DNA of 64,000 bases from a virus: the IMG/VR virus record IMGVR_UViG_3300028833_000003; one strand, 5' to 3'. Shown piece by piece: positions 34,352 through 43,412 of the stretch. Numbering within the stretch: position 1 is the stretch's first letter; every line of letters starts with the position of its first letter. The position numbers and the translations under genes are program-made. The notes under the pieces are model-generated. The model worked only from the letters and a program-made list of their open reading frames with translations, made no database searches and had not been told where the DNA came from.

Positions 34352-34522
34352 ATGAAGAAAGAAATCACTTACACTGAGCAGGAGCTAAAAAAGTGGTTCG
34401 AAGAAATGAAAAAGAAATATCCGCACTCGATGGCCGAAGAACATTTTAGTTTTGTTGAAATGAACATGTTTGACCATCAATGGCACGAAGAAAATAATTT
34501 GAAAATAGTGCTTGACAAATAA
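34352..34522 (+). CDS. hypothetical early protein (56 aa)
   Basis: Promoter -35 at 34294, AGGGAG RBS, ATG 34352. Confidence 0.65.
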   Translation: MKKEITYTEQELKKWFEEMKKKYPHSMAEEHFSFVEMNMFDHQWHEENNLKIVLDK

Positions 34523-34569
34523 TCAAACGTGTGCTATAATTAAACTATCAAATGAGGGAGGGCAAGGCA

Positions 34570-34794
34570 ATGAAGTTTTGGAAGAAAGAAAACAAAAAGG
34601 AAGAGGGATACAAAATTGCTTTTTGTGACACGCCTGATCTTTCAACTAAGTTTGGTGAATGGAAAGGAACTTTTGATAGTTATTCTTCGGCCGACCATTG
34701 CATCAGAATGGGATGGGGAAAAGCTATCAAATCAAAAGCAACTGACGCATACGAAATTGATAGTGCATGGCTTGTTATCGAAAAAATTTCTTGA
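34570..34794 (+). CDS. hypothetical early protein (74 aa)
   Basis: Promoter -35 at 34512, GGGAGGG RBS, ATG 34570. Confidence 0.7.
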   Translation: MKFWKKENKKEEGYKIAFCDTPDLSTKFGEWKGTFDSYSSADHCIRMGWGKAIKSKATDAYEIDSAWLVIEKIS

Positions 34795-34892
34795 AAATTT
34801 TTTCAAAAAAGGATTGACAAACCCACCAGACCGTGTTATAATAGAGACACAAAAGGGAAAGGAAAATCCCCAACACCAGAAAGGAAACTACA

Positions 34893-35111
34893 ATGACGAA
34901 GATCTACACCGTGGCTGTGATGAACCGCTTTGAGAATGACCACACTGAAACCAAGTATTTCACCACCAAAGAAAAAGCCATCAAGTATGCGGAAAAGATC
35001 AACGCCAAATACGAAGAAGCAAGAGCTAACAAAAATTATTTCGAGATGGTCTATCATGTGGCGATGGACTGGGGCATCAAAGAGGTTATGGCCGATGAAG
35101 AAGAGGAATAA
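34893..35111 (+). CDS. hypothetical early protein (72 aa)
   Basis: Promoter -35 at 34814, AAAGGAAA RBS-like, ATG 34893. Confidence 0.7.
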   Translation: MTKIYTVAVMNRFENDHTETKYFTTKEKAIKYAEKINAKYEEARANKNYFEMVYHVAMDWGIKEVMADEEEE

Positions 35112-35197
35112 AAATCCTCTTCTTTTTTTCAAAAACCTATTGACAAATCCCGAAACGTATGTTATAATTAAGCCATCAAATGAAGGAGGACGAAACG

Positions 35198-35350
35198 ATG
35201 ATGAAGGTTTATCTGGTCTGGTATTTCAACCCTGAGGTGAGCGAAAATCAGGCGATGCTGTGGGGACTTTACACCACGAAAGAGAAGGCCGAGAAAGCGC
35301 TGACTGAGTGCGGATTTCATGGATGGATTAATGAAGAGGTCGCGGAGTAA
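35198..35350 (+). CDS. hypothetical early protein (50 aa, below ORF-track cutoff)
   Basis: Promoter -35 at 35140, GAAGGAGG RBS, ATG 35198, TAA 35348; followed by GC hairpins. Confidence 0.6.
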   Translation: MMKVYLVWYFNPEVSENQAMLWGLYTTKEKAEKALTECGFHGWINEEVAE

Positions 35351-35371
35351 TCCGCGGCCCTTTGCTTTGGG

Positions 35372-35399
35372 CCGGTCGCGCGCGGGCGTGCGCGACCGG
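35372..35399 (+). terminator. GC-rich hairpin (GCGCGC-core class)
   Basis: 9-bp stem CCGGTCGCG/CGCGACCGG, 10-nt loop, at the end of the 33.2-35.35 kb gene block. Confidence 0.5.
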
Positions 35400-35404
35400 A
35401 GTTG

Positions 35405-35650
35405 GCCTGCGTAATAGTCTTGTAATAATTTTGTAACAAATTCGTAACACTTTTGTAACAAAATTGTAATCCCGAAATTGTTACGAAAGTATTAAATTTT
35501 TATTACAAAAATTTAATACTTTTTTAATAATATTTAATAATTATAAGAAAAGAATAAAAAATCGTGGAAAAATGCGATTTAACATAATCTTAATACTTTT
35601 GTAACACTTTTGTAACAAAAAAAGTGATTTTGTAACACTTTTTTAACAAA
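35405..35650. repeat. iteron array 1: repeated (T/C)GTAA(C/T)A / TGTTAC motifs in AT-rich non-coding DNA
   Basis: At least 10 copies, e.g. TTTTGTAACA at 35429, 35451, 35596, 35607, 35627; shares a ~45-nt block (CCCGAAATTGTTACGAAAGTATTAAATTTTTATTACAAA) with 46586-46629. Confidence 0.8.
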
Positions 35651-35734
35651 AAACGCTTGACAAGTGCCCGTGTAGGGTGTATAATGAAGTCACAAAAGAG
35701 GTCAAGGACAGACCGAAAAACCAGAAGGGGCAAA

Positions 35735-36241
35735 ATGATGATGAACCGGAATTACAATCCCGCGTGCGCGATGAACAGCCTGTCTTATATGGTTACCAAA
35801 TACCACAAGCTCTCCGCGTCTCACATTTACTTCTTCGGTTTTGAGTTTAACGGCGCTGTTTATGCCTACACCAGCAAGAACCTGCCCCGTAAAGTCCTCC
35901 GCACTGAAAAGGCTTCCTCTAAGAACGGCGGTTTCCGGCAAGTCAAGTTCCGCCCCACTAAGTTCTGGAAGATGGACATGATCCTCTCCGGCAAAGCTAT
36001 CAAGGTCGCTGATATGGCCGACTTTATGGCTCTTGCTCCTAAGAACAAGGGTTGCAAGTTTGAAATGTGGGTAACTGAAACCTACACCAGCGAAAAGTGG
36101 GTCAAGGATAGCGTCCGGTTTGACAAGGCTGGCGATGTGGTCATCAACGGCGAAAACGTCCAGGTCAAGTTTGAAGGCGCCGAAGTCATCAACGAACGTT
36201 CTCTCCGCAATGCTTACTATGATGCGATGGGGCTGGCCTAA
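35735..36241 (+). CDS. hypothetical early protein (168 aa)
   Basis: Promoter -35 at 35657; ATG 35735 after a purine-rich leader (ORF-track start 35657 is the promoter itself); followed by a hairpin. Confidence 0.7.
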   Translation: MMMNRNYNPACAMNSLSYMVTKYHKLSASHIYFFGFEFNGAVYAYTSKNLPRKVLRTEKASSKNGGFRQVKFRPTKFWKMDMILSGKAIKVADMADFMALAPKNKGCKFEMWVTETYTSEKWVKDSVRFDKAGDVVINGENVQVKFEGAEVINERSLRNAYYDAMGLA

Positions 36242-36332
36242 GCCCCATCCATCCCGGGCCCTATATGAAAAAAACTATTGACAAAATCCAAATTATATGA
36301 TATAATCCAAATGTACCAAGAGAAAGGAAGTA

Positions 36333-36776
36333 ATGAGAATGACAAAGGCAATTTGGTTCGATATGGATGGCACAATCGCTGACCTATATGCGGTGGATGG
36401 CTGGCTGGCTGACCTGCAAGCGGAAAATACAAGGCCCTATGATGAAGCGAAAGTGATGCACAATATGGCAAGGCTGGCGCGATTGCTGAACACTTTACAG
36501 CGCAATGGCTACACCATCGGCATTATCAGCTGGACCAGCAAATGCGGTTCTGACCTCTACAATGGCGCGGTCGCTCTGTCAAAACTCTGCTGGCTGAACA
36601 AACACTTGCACAGTGTCCAGTGGGATGAAATCAAGATTGTAAAGTATGGCACTAACAAGCGTGAAACCTGCGGAGATGGTATCTTGTTTGATGATGAAGA
36701 AGGAAACCGCAAGGCATGGGGCGAAAATGCTTATACACCTGACAAGATTTGGGAAGTGCTGACTGCTCTGCGGTGA
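36333..36776 (+). CDS. HAD-superfamily phosphatase, 5'(3')-deoxyribonucleotidase-like (147 aa)
   Basis: Promoter -35 at 36278; WFDMDGTIADL is HAD motif I (DxDxT); later ILFDDEEGN; start at ATG 36333 or 36339. Confidence 0.65.
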   Translation: MRMTKAIWFDMDGTIADLYAVDGWLADLQAENTRPYDEAKVMHNMARLARLLNTLQRNGYTIGIISWTSKCGSDLYNGAVALSKLCWLNKHLHSVQWDEIKIVKYGTNKRETCGDGILFDDEEGNRKAWGENAYTPDKIWEVLTALR

Positions 36777-37157
36777 AGCACTCCCAAACCCGGGCGCGAA
36801 AAAAAATTTTTAAAAACCTATTGACAAAATCGCAATCATGCCTTATAATAATAACTGTCAAGAGGACGAGGGCGCGTCCCTGAGAGAAAAAAATCTCTTC
36901 AAACCCTCTTGACAAACCCTCAAAAGTATGGTACAATGAACAAGACGAAAGGGGATGAGCCAAATGGTCTAAGCAAGCGTGGTGTGGGTGTGGGATGAGA
37001 AGCCCAACACAACAAGACCGCAAAAGTTCTCAAAAAAAGTTTCAAAAACCTCTTGACAAACCCAACCAACCATGATATAATAAAGATGTTCCAAGGGAAC
37101 AACAAAAACAAAAGGCAAGCGGATAAGCCCCACAAACCGCAGAAAGGAATTGATACT

Positions 37158-37532
37158 ATGACTACCACCATCACCAACATCTCTGCTCTGAACACTGCTA
37201 TCGAAACTCTGACCGCTGTCGAAGGTATGGAAGAGGTTGTAACCAAGCTGACCAACATCAAGGCTTCTTATGAGAAGCGTGCGTCTGCGGAGCGCAAGCC
37301 CACCAAGGCGCAGATTGCCAAGAAGGAAGAGAACGCCGCTTTTGCGGAGGAAGTCTTTGAAGCAATCAAGGAAACTCCTGCGACTGCCAAGGCTCTGGCT
37401 GAGCGGTTCGCTGTCACTCCGCAGAAGATGACTTCTGCTCTGGTCGCTCTGCGCAAGGCTGGGCGCATCAATGACAAGGAACAGGAAAAGAAGTCCTGGC
37501 CTCACATCTGGCAGGTGGCTGTGGGCGCGTAA
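37158..37532 (+). CDS. paralog family A member 1: helical N-terminus, basic KPTKAQ linker, winged-helix-like C-terminus (124 aa)
   Basis: ATG 37158 after AGAAAGGAATTGATACT leader; three stacked promoters upstream (36821, 36909, 37053); paralogous to 38452, 42897, 44509, 55953. Confidence 0.75.
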   Translation: MTTTITNISALNTAIETLTAVEGMEEVVTKLTNIKASYEKRASAERKPTKAQIAKKEENAAFAEEVFEAIKETPATAKALAERFAVTPQKMTSALVALRKAGRINDKEQEKKSWPHIWQVAVGA

Positions 37533-37621
37533 GCGCCCCAGCCCTGGGCCCGGGCGAAAAAACTTCTTGACAAATCAATAGCAACATGATATAATAATCA
37601 TGTTGAAAGGAGCTGAACCAA

Positions 37622-38095
37622 ATGAACGCTATTCCCTCTCTTGACATTGTAAAAGAACTTGAACCGCTGACCGCTGTAGTGCGCGAGTTCGTAAAGAGCT
37701 TTGATGAAGAGTATGATGCTGTGCTTGGCCCTGGCTTCATGGCTAACATGGACGAAGATGTAGTTGTCTATTCAATCGCAATGTCTGATGCTGGCGGGCA
37801 ATCCTTCCGCGACAACTTTGTAAAGCGCTTTCCTAAGTGCGATTGTCTTTCAACCTTTGCGCTGTCTCTGTTCCATGAGGTTGGACACCTTGAAACAGAA
37901 TGGGACATGGACGATGATGTGGAATTGCGCAACAGCGACAAGATGGACGATGAAACATACTATAATTTGCACAATGAGTGGATAGCTACACAATTCGCTG
38001 GTGAATGGGCCACTTCTCATTTGGAAAAAGCAAAACAATTTGATTTGAAATTCAATGAGGTTGCCCGCGCGATTATTGGCCGACTTTTGGATTGA
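37622..38095 (+). CDS. hypothetical protein with HExxH motif (157 aa), possible small zinc metallopeptidase
   Basis: Promoter -35 at 37567, AAGGAG RBS; LFHEVGHLE motif; followed by a canonical terminator. Confidence 0.6.
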   Translation: MNAIPSLDIVKELEPLTAVVREFVKSFDEEYDAVLGPGFMANMDEDVVVYSIAMSDAGGQSFRDNFVKRFPKCDCLSTFALSLFHEVGHLETEWDMDDDVELRNSDKMDDETYYNLHNEWIATQFAGEWATSHLEKAKQFDLKFNEVARAIIGRLLD

Positions 38096-38105
38096 AAATT
38101 GAAAC

Positions 38106-38127
38106 CGCCCTTTTGTAGGGCGTTTTT
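38106..38127 (+). terminator. intrinsic terminator
   Basis: CGCCC-TTTTGTA-GGGCG followed by T5, 10 nt after TGA 38095. Confidence 0.65.
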
Positions 38128-38451
38128 CATTTTCATTTTCCCATTGCCCTCGGCCGGGCCGCGCGCGGTCGCCCAGGCTGCGTGCGGGCCGCATTTGCGC
38201 ACCAACAGGCCCAACACAAAACCAAAACCAAAATCAGCGAGCGAAAAAAATTTTAAAAAAATCCTAAAAACCTATTGACAGGCACCCCATTTGGTGATAT
38301 ACTTATATTGTTCCTGAGGGGAACAGAAACGAAAAACCAAAAATGAAATTAAAAAAAATTTCAAAATGGTCTTGACAAACTGCTCACCCTCTGGTATAAT
38401 AAAAGAGAAGAAAGGGAAGGACACCCTACAAACCAGAAAGGAATTGATACC

Positions 38452-38817
38452 ATGACTAACAAAATGACTTACTCTGATGCCCTCCGCAACGCTATCGCCA
38501 CTGTCACTGATGAAGCTACCAAGTCCCGCCTTGAAGATTTGCTGGTTTCCATTGAAAAGCGTTCCAACTCTGAGCGCAAGCCCACCAAGGCCCAGCTGGA
38601 AAAGCAGGAAGAAAACAAGGCCCTGGCTGAGGTTGTGTTCAAGGTGCTGTCTGCTCACAGGGTTGAAGCTTCTGTCGCTGAGCTGAAAAAGCTGGACGAT
38701 CAGCTTGTCGATCTGTCCTCCCCTAAGCTGACCGCTGTGCTGAAAATCCTGATCGACCAGAACAAGGTTTCTAAGGATGACAGTGGAAGGGTTGCCAAGT
38801 ACATCGCCCTTGACTAA
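38452..38817 (+). CDS. paralog family A member 2 (121 aa)
   Basis: ATG 38452 after AGAAAGGAATTGATACC leader; two stacked promoters (38275, 38372); ERKPTKAQLEKQEENKALAE shared with members 1 and 4. Confidence 0.75.
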   Translation: MTNKMTYSDALRNAIATVTDEATKSRLEDLLVSIEKRSNSERKPTKAQLEKQEENKALAEVVFKVLSAHRVEASVAELKKLDDQLVDLSSPKLTAVLKILIDQNKVSKDDSGRVAKYIALD

Positions 38818-38945
38818 CAAACAGAGGGCAGGGGAAACCCTGCCCTCCTCCCGCCCCGGGCCGAGAACCTTAAAAAAACTATTGACAAGCTGACAATCCT
38901 GTGCTATAATCTTATTGAAATCAATACGAAAGAGATGATGACAAA

Positions 38946-39521
38946 ATGACAAGAGCAGAAATTATCGCCAATAATAATTTTGAAATCGCCAAAGAAAAAT
39001 TTGAAAATGCAAGTCTGAGATGGTCTAATTATTGGTGGGAAGCTTGCGAAAAAATTTATAATGCAAGTAAAGAATGGGCAGAAAAATATATTCTTGATCC
39101 AGTAAAGCGTATTATCAAAAGAATTAAAAGAGTTTTAGGTGGCATTGATTGGAATGGTTTTGAACCCTTCCCGCATGGAGTACAGCAATTTTATTTGATT
39201 AGATTATTAAATGCCGAAGGTGAAAATGTTTGGAATAAAATCGGCACTACATCTCGAGCAACATACATTCGCATGAAAGACCATCTAAAAAACGCTGACT
39301 ATCGTAAGCATGGAGTAAAAACTATTCAAATCATCGGCCTGTGGGATTGTAAAAATGTAGACGCTGAAATTATTGAAAATCGCGTGCGCAAATATTTACG
39401 CAAAGATTACGAACAGCAATTCGTCCCAAATGATCGTTTTGAAATAGAATTTGATATTCCCTCCCTGTCTAAAATGATAGAAGAGACAATTGCATTTGAA
39501 AATAGTTTTATGTATAATTAA
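38946..39521 (+). CDS. T5orf172/GIY-YIG-superfamily-like protein (191 aa) in an AT-rich island
   Basis: Promoter -35 at 38882; FYLIRLLNAEGENVWNKIGTTSRATYIRMKDH resembles the T5orf172 core (recall); markedly more AT-rich than neighbours. Confidence 0.55.
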   Translation: MTRAEIIANNNFEIAKEKFENASLRWSNYWWEACEKIYNASKEWAEKYILDPVKRIIKRIKRVLGGIDWNGFEPFPHGVQQFYLIRLLNAEGENVWNKIGTTSRATYIRMKDHLKNADYRKHGVKTIQIIGLWDCKNVDAEIIENRVRKYLRKDYEQQFVPNDRFEIEFDIPSLSKMIEETIAFENSFMYN

Positions 39522-39584
39522 AAAAGGGATTGACAAATCCCTTCCCATGTAGTATAATAATGGTGTTGAAAGGAGCTGATAAAC

Positions 39585-39734
39585 ATGGCGAACAAGAGCA
39601 AAAGCAAAGTCAAGAATAGCTATGAAATCAACAAAGGCATTCGGCGCGATTGGGGCAACATCAACCCTGTTACAAAAATCATACCAGACAAGCGCAACAA
39701 GAAACCTAAGCACAAAAAAAATTGGGAAGAGTGA
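39585..39734 (+). CDS. small very basic protein (49 aa, below ORF-track cutoff)
   Basis: Promoter -35 at 39530, AAGGAG RBS, ATG 39585, TGA 39732. Confidence 0.55.
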   Translation: MANKSKSKVKNSYEINKGIRRDWGNINPVTKIIPDKRNKKPKHKKNWEE

Positions 39735-39805
39735 TACACACCTATTGACAAATTTAAAAAAATGTGATATAATAATTATAGAAAATCAGAAAGGAAGTGT
39801 GCGTA

Positions 39806-40255
39806 ATGGCAAAGCAACAGCGGCAACCCACTCCACCTACCAGAGAATGGATTGATGAATGGATTGACAAGTATTTGGAAGAGCATCCAAATGAAATCAT
39901 TGAAGATTTCCAAGGGCTGGAAGATCAAGCTGACTATGAGTGGTGGTGCAAAGAGATTGACGCAGGACGCCCCACACCTTACGACTTGACCAAAGAGCAA
40001 GAAAAGGAAAGCCACAAAGCAAGAGTAACGCCTGGCGGAAGTGGCAAGCCCAAGGCAAACACTGAGCGCAAGCGCAAGCCCAATGACACAAAGAGAACCA
40101 TTATCGGCTGGGTTCAAACCTTGTTTGAAGGTTTCGCTCTTAATGACAAAGTGGCTAATGTGATTGTCTCCAATGTTGAAAGGTCAATAGATTTTGAAAT
40201 GGATGGCAAGCATTATACATTGAGCCTGACAGAGCATCGCCCACCTAAAAAGTGA
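39806..40255 (+). CDS. paralog family B member 1 (149 aa)
   Basis: Promoter -35 at 39745, AAGGAAG RBS, ATG 39806; shares ...YDLTKEQEKE...HRPPK with 45008..45436. Confidence 0.7.
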   Translation: MAKQQRQPTPPTREWIDEWIDKYLEEHPNEIIEDFQGLEDQADYEWWCKEIDAGRPTPYDLTKEQEKESHKARVTPGGSGKPKANTERKRKPNDTKRTIIGWVQTLFEGFALNDKVANVIVSNVERSIDFEMDGKHYTLSLTEHRPPKK

Positions 40256-40367
40256 GCGGTGCTTTTTTTCGGCCCGGGCCAAAAATTTTTTTCGCAAACC
40301 TATTGACAAACCTCTTTCAGAGTGCTATAATAACATTGTTCCAAGGGAACAGAAAGGAAGTAAAATT

Positions 40368-40604
40368 ATGAAACCTATCAAAATTGCTGGCACTGTCTTT
40401 GATGCTGATGCACTTTCTATTGAAGCAATTGATGCGTTAATTGAAAAACTTGAAGAAGCAAAATGCACACAACGCCGCAAAAAGGCAGAAGAATACGCAG
40501 AGAAAATTCATAACTTAATTATCGAAGCAAAACAGCAAGATTTAAATGTGATGATTGACAATGAATGGATCCCTGATGATTTCAGAGTTGATGTTTATAT
40601 CTGA
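40368..40604 (+). CDS. hypothetical early protein (78 aa)
   Basis: Promoter -35 at 40303, AAGGAAG RBS; first of a five-gene AT-richer operon. Confidence 0.7.
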   Translation: MKPIKIAGTVFDADALSIEAIDALIEKLEEAKCTQRRKKAEEYAEKIHNLIIEAKQQDLNVMIDNEWIPDDFRVDVYI

Positions 40605-40639
40605 TAATACAAATAAGCAATAGAAAGGAAATAAAAGCA

Positions 40640-40855
40640 ATGTATAAAACAACTTGGATGATCACTGATGAAAGTGATGAAGGCACATTCCAGACAGAGC
40701 TGACCTTGTATCATTTTGGCAAGCGTCCCAAGTTCCCTCGCTGGTACATGGGAGAAAATCATTCTTATCAGATTGAAATGATTTGGAATTTCCATCTGAT
40801 TGTTCGCCCTTCTATTTTCTTTAAATGCCTGACCCATCAATACATTATCAGATGA
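40640..40855 (+). CDS. hypothetical early protein (71 aa)
   Basis: AAAGGAAA RBS-like 8 nt upstream of ATG. Confidence 0.55.
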   Translation: MYKTTWMITDESDEGTFQTELTLYHFGKRPKFPRWYMGENHSYQIEMIWNFHLIVRPSIFFKCLTHQYIIR

Positions 40856-40870
40856 AAGGAAGTATCCACA

Positions 40871-41155
40871 ATGAGAGACGCGAAAAAAGGAACTTATAAT
40901 GATAGTTATACTTATTGCCCTGTTAATGCGTATGGAGATTGTCCTTACTGTGACCAAAGTGATGTATGCCACATCGATGATCCTCTCAAAGATTGCGATG
41001 ACTGGGGCGCGTTTTGGGAGAGCTGGGAAGACTGGCTAAACGCTGATGATGCAAACCCTGATGCACCAGAGGATTTTGCGGAAGATGAAATCCGCTGGGC
41101 TGGTGATGTGTATGGCTATGAAGATACAATGGAGGACAACAATGAATACTTATGA
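40871..41155 (+). CDS. acidic Cys-containing hypothetical protein (94 aa)
   Basis: AAGGAAG RBS; CPVNAYGDCPYCDQSDVCH. Confidence 0.65.
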   Translation: MRDAKKGTYNDSYTYCPVNAYGDCPYCDQSDVCHIDDPLKDCDDWGAFWESWEDWLNADDANPDAPEDFAEDEIRWAGDVYGYEDTMEDNNEYL

Positions 41156-41315
41156 AATCATGATTAATTATCTTAACTATGTATTTCCAAACAGAAAATT
41201 TAGTAAAGAATATTTAGACATCCTTTACGCTATCTTTATAAAGGGATATGGCGAAGGCGAACTCGCGGGAGAAATTGAAGCAAATAAATATTGGAGCGAA
41301 AGGAAAGAAAAATAA
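41142..41315 (+). CDS. hypothetical early protein (57 aa)
   Basis: ATG 41142 behind GGAGGA, overlaps the end of the previous gene; ORF-track start 41046 is unlikely. Confidence 0.55.
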   Translation: MNTYEIMINYLNYVFPNRKFSKEYLDILYAIFIKGYGEGELAGEIEANKYWSERKEK

Positions 41316-41319
41316 ATAA

Positions 41320-41535
41320 ATGTATAATTATAATAATGACCCATTTGCGAAGGGCACACAAAAATATCAACAAGAGATAGTCGCAAAAGCATTAAATGAC
41401 CATTTGCTCAAATGTGTTAAAAATAGTTATTGGTGCGCTCATTGCTCTCTAAATCATAGTGGCATCTGCTTTTTTGCAAAAGAATGTTTTGAGAATGATC
41501 GAAAATATTATAGAGAAGATGATGAGGAGGAATAA
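41320..41535 (+). CDS. hypothetical early protein (71 aa)
   Basis: Contiguous with the previous gene; ends before CCCGGG motif and next promoter. Confidence 0.6.
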   Translation: MYNYNNDPFAKGTQKYQQEIVAKALNDHLLKCVKNSYWCAHCSLNHSGICFFAKECFENDRKYYREDDEEE

Positions 41536-41633
41536 ACTTCTCATTTTGCCCGGGCCAAAAAATTTCAAAAAAGTATTGACAAGCTGAAACAAATGCTGTA
41601 TAATAGCTATGTAATCAAGAGGAGGTAATCAAG

Positions 41634-41786
41634 ATGAAGACTTTGAAGGTGCTGGCTGTGATTGGTTGCTTACTGACTATCTGGGGTCTGGTGTGGGGTA
41701 TCTTCATCAAAGATTTCATTTGGGGTGCGTTTGTTGGTCTGGCGCTAATAATGCCTTATCTGGTTTGGGGAGATGAGGAAGAATGA
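41634..41786 (+). CDS. small membrane protein (50 aa, below ORF-track cutoff)
   Basis: Promoter -35 at 41576, GAGGAGG RBS, ATG 41634; two hydrophobic helices. Confidence 0.6.
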   Translation: MKTLKVLAVIGCLLTIWGLVWGIFIKDFIWGAFVGLALIMPYLVWGDEEE

Positions 41787-41941
41787 AAAGAAGTCTTTAC
41801 AAGCGTTATGATGATTTAGCCTGCTGGGATTTGGACAAAGGATGTAGGCGCATCATTGACCAGTCTCGACCTGGTAGGCGTCGCCTGAAAAAGGTTCTTC
41901 GGCGTCAAGCGCGCAAGCGGTTAAATCAGCGGGAAGAATAA
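41783..41941 (+). CDS. small basic protein (52 aa, below ORF-track cutoff)
   Basis: ATG 41783 overlaps the previous TGA (ATGA); Arg/Lys-rich. Confidence 0.45.
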   Translation: MKRSLYKRYDDLACWDLDKGCRRIIDQSRPGRRRLKKVLRRQARKRLNQREE

Positions 41942-42031
41942 CCGCCCGGGCGAAAAAAATTTCTAAAAAGCTATTGACAACCTATCAAGATGGTGCTATA
42001 ATAAGCATGTAATCAAGAGGAGGTAATCAAA

Positions 42032-42547
42032 ATGACTAAGAACACTTACGAAGCTCGCGCCTATAAGTTCGCCACTTTCCTTGCTCGTCTGTTTGCTGGT
42101 TGCTCTTCTCTGGAAGATTTCATGTGGGCGCTGGACTATTACAACGCTACGCACTCTCGCAAACTGCGCTGGGCGCATGGTGTTTCTCGCATTGCGATTA
42201 TCCGCTCTGACTATGTTATCAAGTTTAACATGGTGCCTGATGAAGAATGGGAAGATGGTCGCGCTGGCAACTGCGAAAGCGAAGAAGCGGTCTATGAGCG
42301 CGCCTGCGAAGATGGCTTTGAGTATCTGCTGGCTAAAACCACTGTTTGCACCATCGAAGAACACACTTTCTCTATCATGCCTCGCATTAACCATGTGAAT
42401 GATTGGACACGCGACTGGACAGAGTATTGCACTGATGAAGAATATAACTGGCTGGTGCAAAATGTGAATGACTTGCATGAAGGTAATGTGGGATACAGAA
42501 ATCGAAAAGTGTGCGTAATCGACTACGCCTGGGACGCGGAAATGTAA
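42032..42547 (+). CDS. putative atypical protein kinase-fold protein (171 aa)
   Basis: Promoter -35 at 41974, GAGGAGG RBS; order VIKFN ... NCESEEAVY ... DLHEGNVG ... VIDYAWD matches Lys / alphaC-Glu / catalytic D-x4-N / metal-binding Asp of small kinases (by eye). Confidence 0.6.
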   Translation: MTKNTYEARAYKFATFLARLFAGCSSLEDFMWALDYYNATHSRKLRWAHGVSRIAIIRSDYVIKFNMVPDEEWEDGRAGNCESEEAVYERACEDGFEYLLAKTTVCTIEEHTFSIMPRINHVNDWTRDWTEYCTDEEYNWLVQNVNDLHEGNVGYRNRKVCVIDYAWDAEM

Positions 42548-42568
42548 TCCGCGCCCTTTTGCGTTCGA

Positions 42569-42595
42569 CCGCGCGCTGCCGGATGTGGCGCGCGG
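42569..42595 (+). terminator. GC-rich hairpin (GCGCGC-core class)
   Basis: 8-bp stem CCGCGCGC/GCGCGCGG, 11-nt loop, after 42032..42547. Confidence 0.5.
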
Positions 42596-42896
42596 CATTT
42601 GCCCCACAGCATACCCCACACAATTTTCGGCGCGAAAAAAAGTTCAAAAAAAACTTCAAAAAAATTCCTAAAACCTATTGACAAGACCAGCGAAAGCGAG
42701 TATAATAATAACTGTCAGGAGGGCAAGAGAACATCCTCTCCCCTGATGGCACTGGCAAGGACGCTCTGACAAGATGCGGAAACTTCAAAAAAAAGTTTGA
42801 AAAACCCCTTGACAAAGCGCTGAAAGTGTGATACAATAAGGATGTCAAATGAAGGGGAGCTGATAAACCCCACAAACAGAGAAAGAGGTAGATACC

Positions 42897-43280
42897 ATGA
42901 TGAACACCAAGATGACTAACAAGAGCGCTCTGTCCTTTGTCCTGACCAACTGCGAAGTGCCTGCGGATGTCAAGGAGCGTCTGGAAGCGATGCTGGCTTC
43001 CCTTGAAAAGCGTTCTGAGAACGCCAAGGGCAAGGAGCGCAAGCTGTCTCCCAAGCAGGAGCAGGAGCGCAAGGAGCGTGAGGAGTTCCGCTCCAAGGTG
43101 TATGAGACTATGTGTGAGAACCTGAACTTCGAATACACCTGCAAGGGTCTGGCTGACCTGTTCGCTGTCTCTTCTCCCAAGATGGCGAACGCTCTGACCA
43201 AGCTGGTTGAAGCTGGCAAGGTTGAGCGTCTGGTTTCCACCACCAACAAGTCCAAGGTGTGGTTCAAGGTGGTAGCGTAA
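42897..43280 (+). CDS. paralog family A member 3 (127 aa)
   Basis: ATG 42897 after AGAAAGAGGTAGATACC leader; two stacked promoters (42678, 42809). Confidence 0.75.
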   Translation: MMNTKMTNKSALSFVLTNCEVPADVKERLEAMLASLEKRSENAKGKERKLSPKQEQERKEREEFRSKVYETMCENLNFEYTCKGLADLFAVSSPKMANALTKLVEAGKVERLVSTTNKSKVWFKVVA

Positions 43281-43412
43281 GCTACCACCGCCCCACCTGG
43301 GGCGCGCCGGGGCCGAAAAAAAATTTTTAAAAACCTATTGACAAAGCTTTAAAACCGCTGTATAATAAACATGTTCCAAGTGAGAACAAAAGAAAGAAAG
43401 GATTTGATAACA

